IMG/VR virus record: IMGVR_UViG_3300025723_001637
Coordinates: 1 to 47,065 of that record
Length of the DNA: 47,065 bases
Origin: a virus
Lineage: Duplodnaviria; Caudoviricetes
Strand: one strand, 5' to 3'
Shown: one piece after another, positions 45,193-47,065 of the stretch
How the letters are laid out: every line of letters starts with the position of its first letter
Position numbering within the stretch: the stretch's first letter is position 1
Notes under the pieces: model-generated
What the model was told of the DNA's origin: nothing
Database searches by the model: none
Seen by the model: only the letters and a program-made list of their open reading frames with translations
Position numbers and translations under genes: made by a program

Positions 45193-45220
45193 AAAAAACC
45201 CCAGGTTTTATTCTGGGGTT
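45193..45220 (-). terminator. Rho-independent terminator
   Basis: AACCCCAG-loop-CTGGGGTT followed by a T run on the minus strand. Confidence 0.8.
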
Positions 45221-45239
45221 GTTTTAAATCAGTTAGTTA

Positions 45240-45656
45240 TTACTGAGTTGTGAATGATGCTGTAGCAGAAACGTTACCAGTTGAAATACCGATATTCAAT
45301 CCACCTGTTGCATTGGCTTGCTGAGCTGCAGCAACCAAAGTTGTTGTAGTGTATGCTCCTGTGGGGAACAATGCAATGTTCAACACTTGTGGATTACCAG
45401 GGCTAACTTGATACATAGCAACTGTGCTGGTTTGTTGGATAGCTTGCAACACGTTGGAAACATAGCCATAAGCATTTCCTGCACCTGCTACGCCCAATGA
45501 ACTGTTGGCAGTCAATGAGAAAAAGTCAAGTTTGGGGCCTTGAAAATTGGTTACGCTTGCGTTAGCAAGATTTGCGCCTTGTGCAACTGAACCGTTTAGT
45601 ACGTCTGTTGCAAATACTGGTTGTACACCACCTGATACTGGGACAATATATGCCAT
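45240..45656 (-). CDS. Probable abundant virion structural protein
   Basis: Ala/Thr/Gly/Asn-rich; TAAATA, GNRA hairpin, TAAGGAG SD and own terminator. Confidence 0.65.
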   Translation of the reverse strand: MAYIVPVSGGVQPVFATDVLNGSVAQGANLANASVTNFQGPKLDFFSLTANSSLGVAGAGNAYGYVSNVLQAIQQTSTVAMYQVSPGNPQVLNIALFPTGAYTTTTLVAAAQQANATGGLNIGISTGNVSATASFTTQ

Positions 45657-45724
45657 TTGAAAATCTCCTTAATATGTAGGCTCTCGCCTTACTTTTATTT
45701 ATCTTTTGGAGATAAAATTAAGGG

Positions 45725-47065
45725 TCAGGCAATCAGTTCAGGATTGTTTAGTGCACGATTGCCAGCTGAGAATCCAAATCTATTGACCAGTTTTGCGCGG
45801 CCTGCAGGAGTTGCTAGTACCCATCCTTCTTGCCCTGGCTGTTGGCGATCCAGTTGTTGTAGCAAATCGCTTTTGAGATCATGCAGGCCTAAAAATGCAG
45901 TAAAGGCTGCACTGACACCGTCCATGTTGCTTCTTGGACTCTGCAAATATTCTACTATGTTGTTGAATTTTCTAGGTGTCACATTGGCCTTTAACCAGTC
46001 GCCAAATCCAGGCAACAAATTGTTGAAGTTTGTGGTGATTCTTGAATTGATATAACGTTTGCACAGTGCTGGTAGATCAGTTATGCCATGACTGCGAAGA
46101 TCTATTGGGCTAAACAATTGATCAATTGCTGGGCCTTTTTCTTTCAATAACTGCTTGAGTTCTGCAACCAACTTAGCATTGGGTTTTACGTTTTGTATTT
46201 CTTTTACATTAGGAGTTATCAGCAACAGTCCAGGTACCGGGCGTAGTTTGACATCTCCCAAGGGCTCTGCAGGACTTGTTGGGTCAGCAATCTTGGTGTG
46301 TATAGCCACACCCACTTCACTGTTACCAATTTGTTGTCCAAGATTGCTGTTTGCAGGAATTTTATATTCAATGAAGTTGGGCCTGAACACATATGCGCCT
46401 GCTATTTCTGGTGGAGTTTGTGTGTACAACAAATCGCCTTGGATGTATCCTCGGAAGTTAGCTGGTACTGCGGCACTCAACAAGGGCCACAGTTTCACAT
46501 AGATAGCAATTAGATCGCCACGTTCTCCACCACGCTGATTCATGATTTTGGCAATTTGTTCTGGGCTGGTGGCCAGGCCATCGTAACCTTTGGCCAGGAA
46601 TCCAGACTTGTCTGTGAGCACAAACTCTCCAGTGGGTTTGCGTCCAAATATGATAGCAGGTTTGCCATCCCATTTTACAGTGGTAGTGCTGGCAGTATCT
46701 GCAGCTGCATCTGCTATGATTTGCAGTGCTTCTCGTATGCCGCGACTGCCTTTTTCAAACACCAGGTCTTCAAGATGTTCAATACGTACATCTTTGGCAG
46801 ATTCTACTAGAGGTCTCATGCCTTGATTTACAATACGATCTCTTAATCTTGCCAAGAAGTTTGTGTCTGATTCACCACGAGTTTCAAAAAATGGTACACC
46901 TTGATTGGCAAAATGTTCTCGGGCATCTGCTAGTTTGGCATCACGTTTGGGATCGTTAGCTAATGCTTGTATGATTGTTTCCACACTGTACAAATCATCT
47001 CGGGTAGCAGATTTGTTCAACAACAGTTTGGCCACTTTGTCAGGATCATCTGTGATCACTTGATT
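45725..47065 (-). CDS. Hypothetical protein with ligase-like KWDG motif (DUF6267-like), 5'-truncated
   Basis: Frame open to the window end; 'RIEHLEDLVF', 'TVKWDGKPAIIFG', 'YIQGDLLY', 'EGWV', 'KLVNR'. Confidence 0.65.
   Translation of the reverse strand, partial: NQVITDDPDKVAKLLLNKSATRDDLYSVETIIQALANDPKRDAKLADAREHFANQGVPFFETRGESDTNFLARLRDRIVNQGMRPLVESAKDVRIEHLEDLVFEKGSRGIREALQIIADAAADTASTTTVKWDGKPAIIFGRKPTGEFVLTDKSGFLAKGYDGLATSPEQIAKIMNQRGGERGDLIAIYVKLWPLLSAAVPANFRGYIQGDLLYTQTPPEIAGAYVFRPNFIEYKIPANSNLGQQIGNSEVGVAIHTKIADPTSPAEPLGDVKLRPVPGLLLITPNVKEIQNVKPNAKLVAELKQLLKEKGPAIDQLFSPIDLRSHGITDLPALCKRYINSRITTNFNNLLPGFGDWLKANVTPRKFNNIVEYLQSPRSNMDGVSAAFTAFLGLHDLKSDLLQQLDRQQPGQEGWVLATPAGRAKLVNRFGFSAGNRALNNPELIA

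Noticed and set aside
1-47065. Stop-codon recoding, tRNA/rRNA genes, introns, integrase or transposase, reverse transcriptase
   Set aside because: Known genes are full length in the standard code, intergenic gaps are short, and no such motifs were seen by eye; tRNAscan and Infernal were not run.

Overview
This 47 kb window is a gene-dense segment of a large, AT-rich tailed phage genome (jumbo or T4-like organisation, standard genetic code). The host is probably a Betaproteobacterium, inferred from DUF3579, a phasin-like gene, IscU/IscA and the DesA- and PBP7-like genes. Recognisable core genes are NrdA/NrdB/glutaredoxin, an ATP-dependent DNA ligase, a PD-(D/E)XK exonuclease, UvsE, a PAAR spike protein, a tail-fibre/pectate-lyase-like protein and several putative head proteins. 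Host-like auxiliary genes are ClpX, ClpP, ClpS, Hsp20, ribosomal protein bS21, IscU, IscA, a fatty-acid desaturase, a peptidase S11, an amidinotransferase, a radical SAM enzyme, a flavin-dependent halogenase-family protein and glycosyltransferases. The strongest candidate for an undescribed system is 7.85-10.2 kb. It holds a phasin-like gene, a desaturase, DUF3579, four unannotated translationally coupled microproteins and a CDGSH-like/PAKK-tail protein, with two PhaR-like TGC-N3-GCA boxes at the promoters; this may be a phage module that targets PHA granules. Other signals are ROSE-like RNA thermometers, a repeated TGTTG-N8-CAACA box upstream of sigma70 promoters, many apparently leaderless TAAATA late transcripts, a Hedgehog-like Hint protein and a halogenase gene flanked by a duplicated gene. 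All calls come from reading motifs by eye; no database searches were run.
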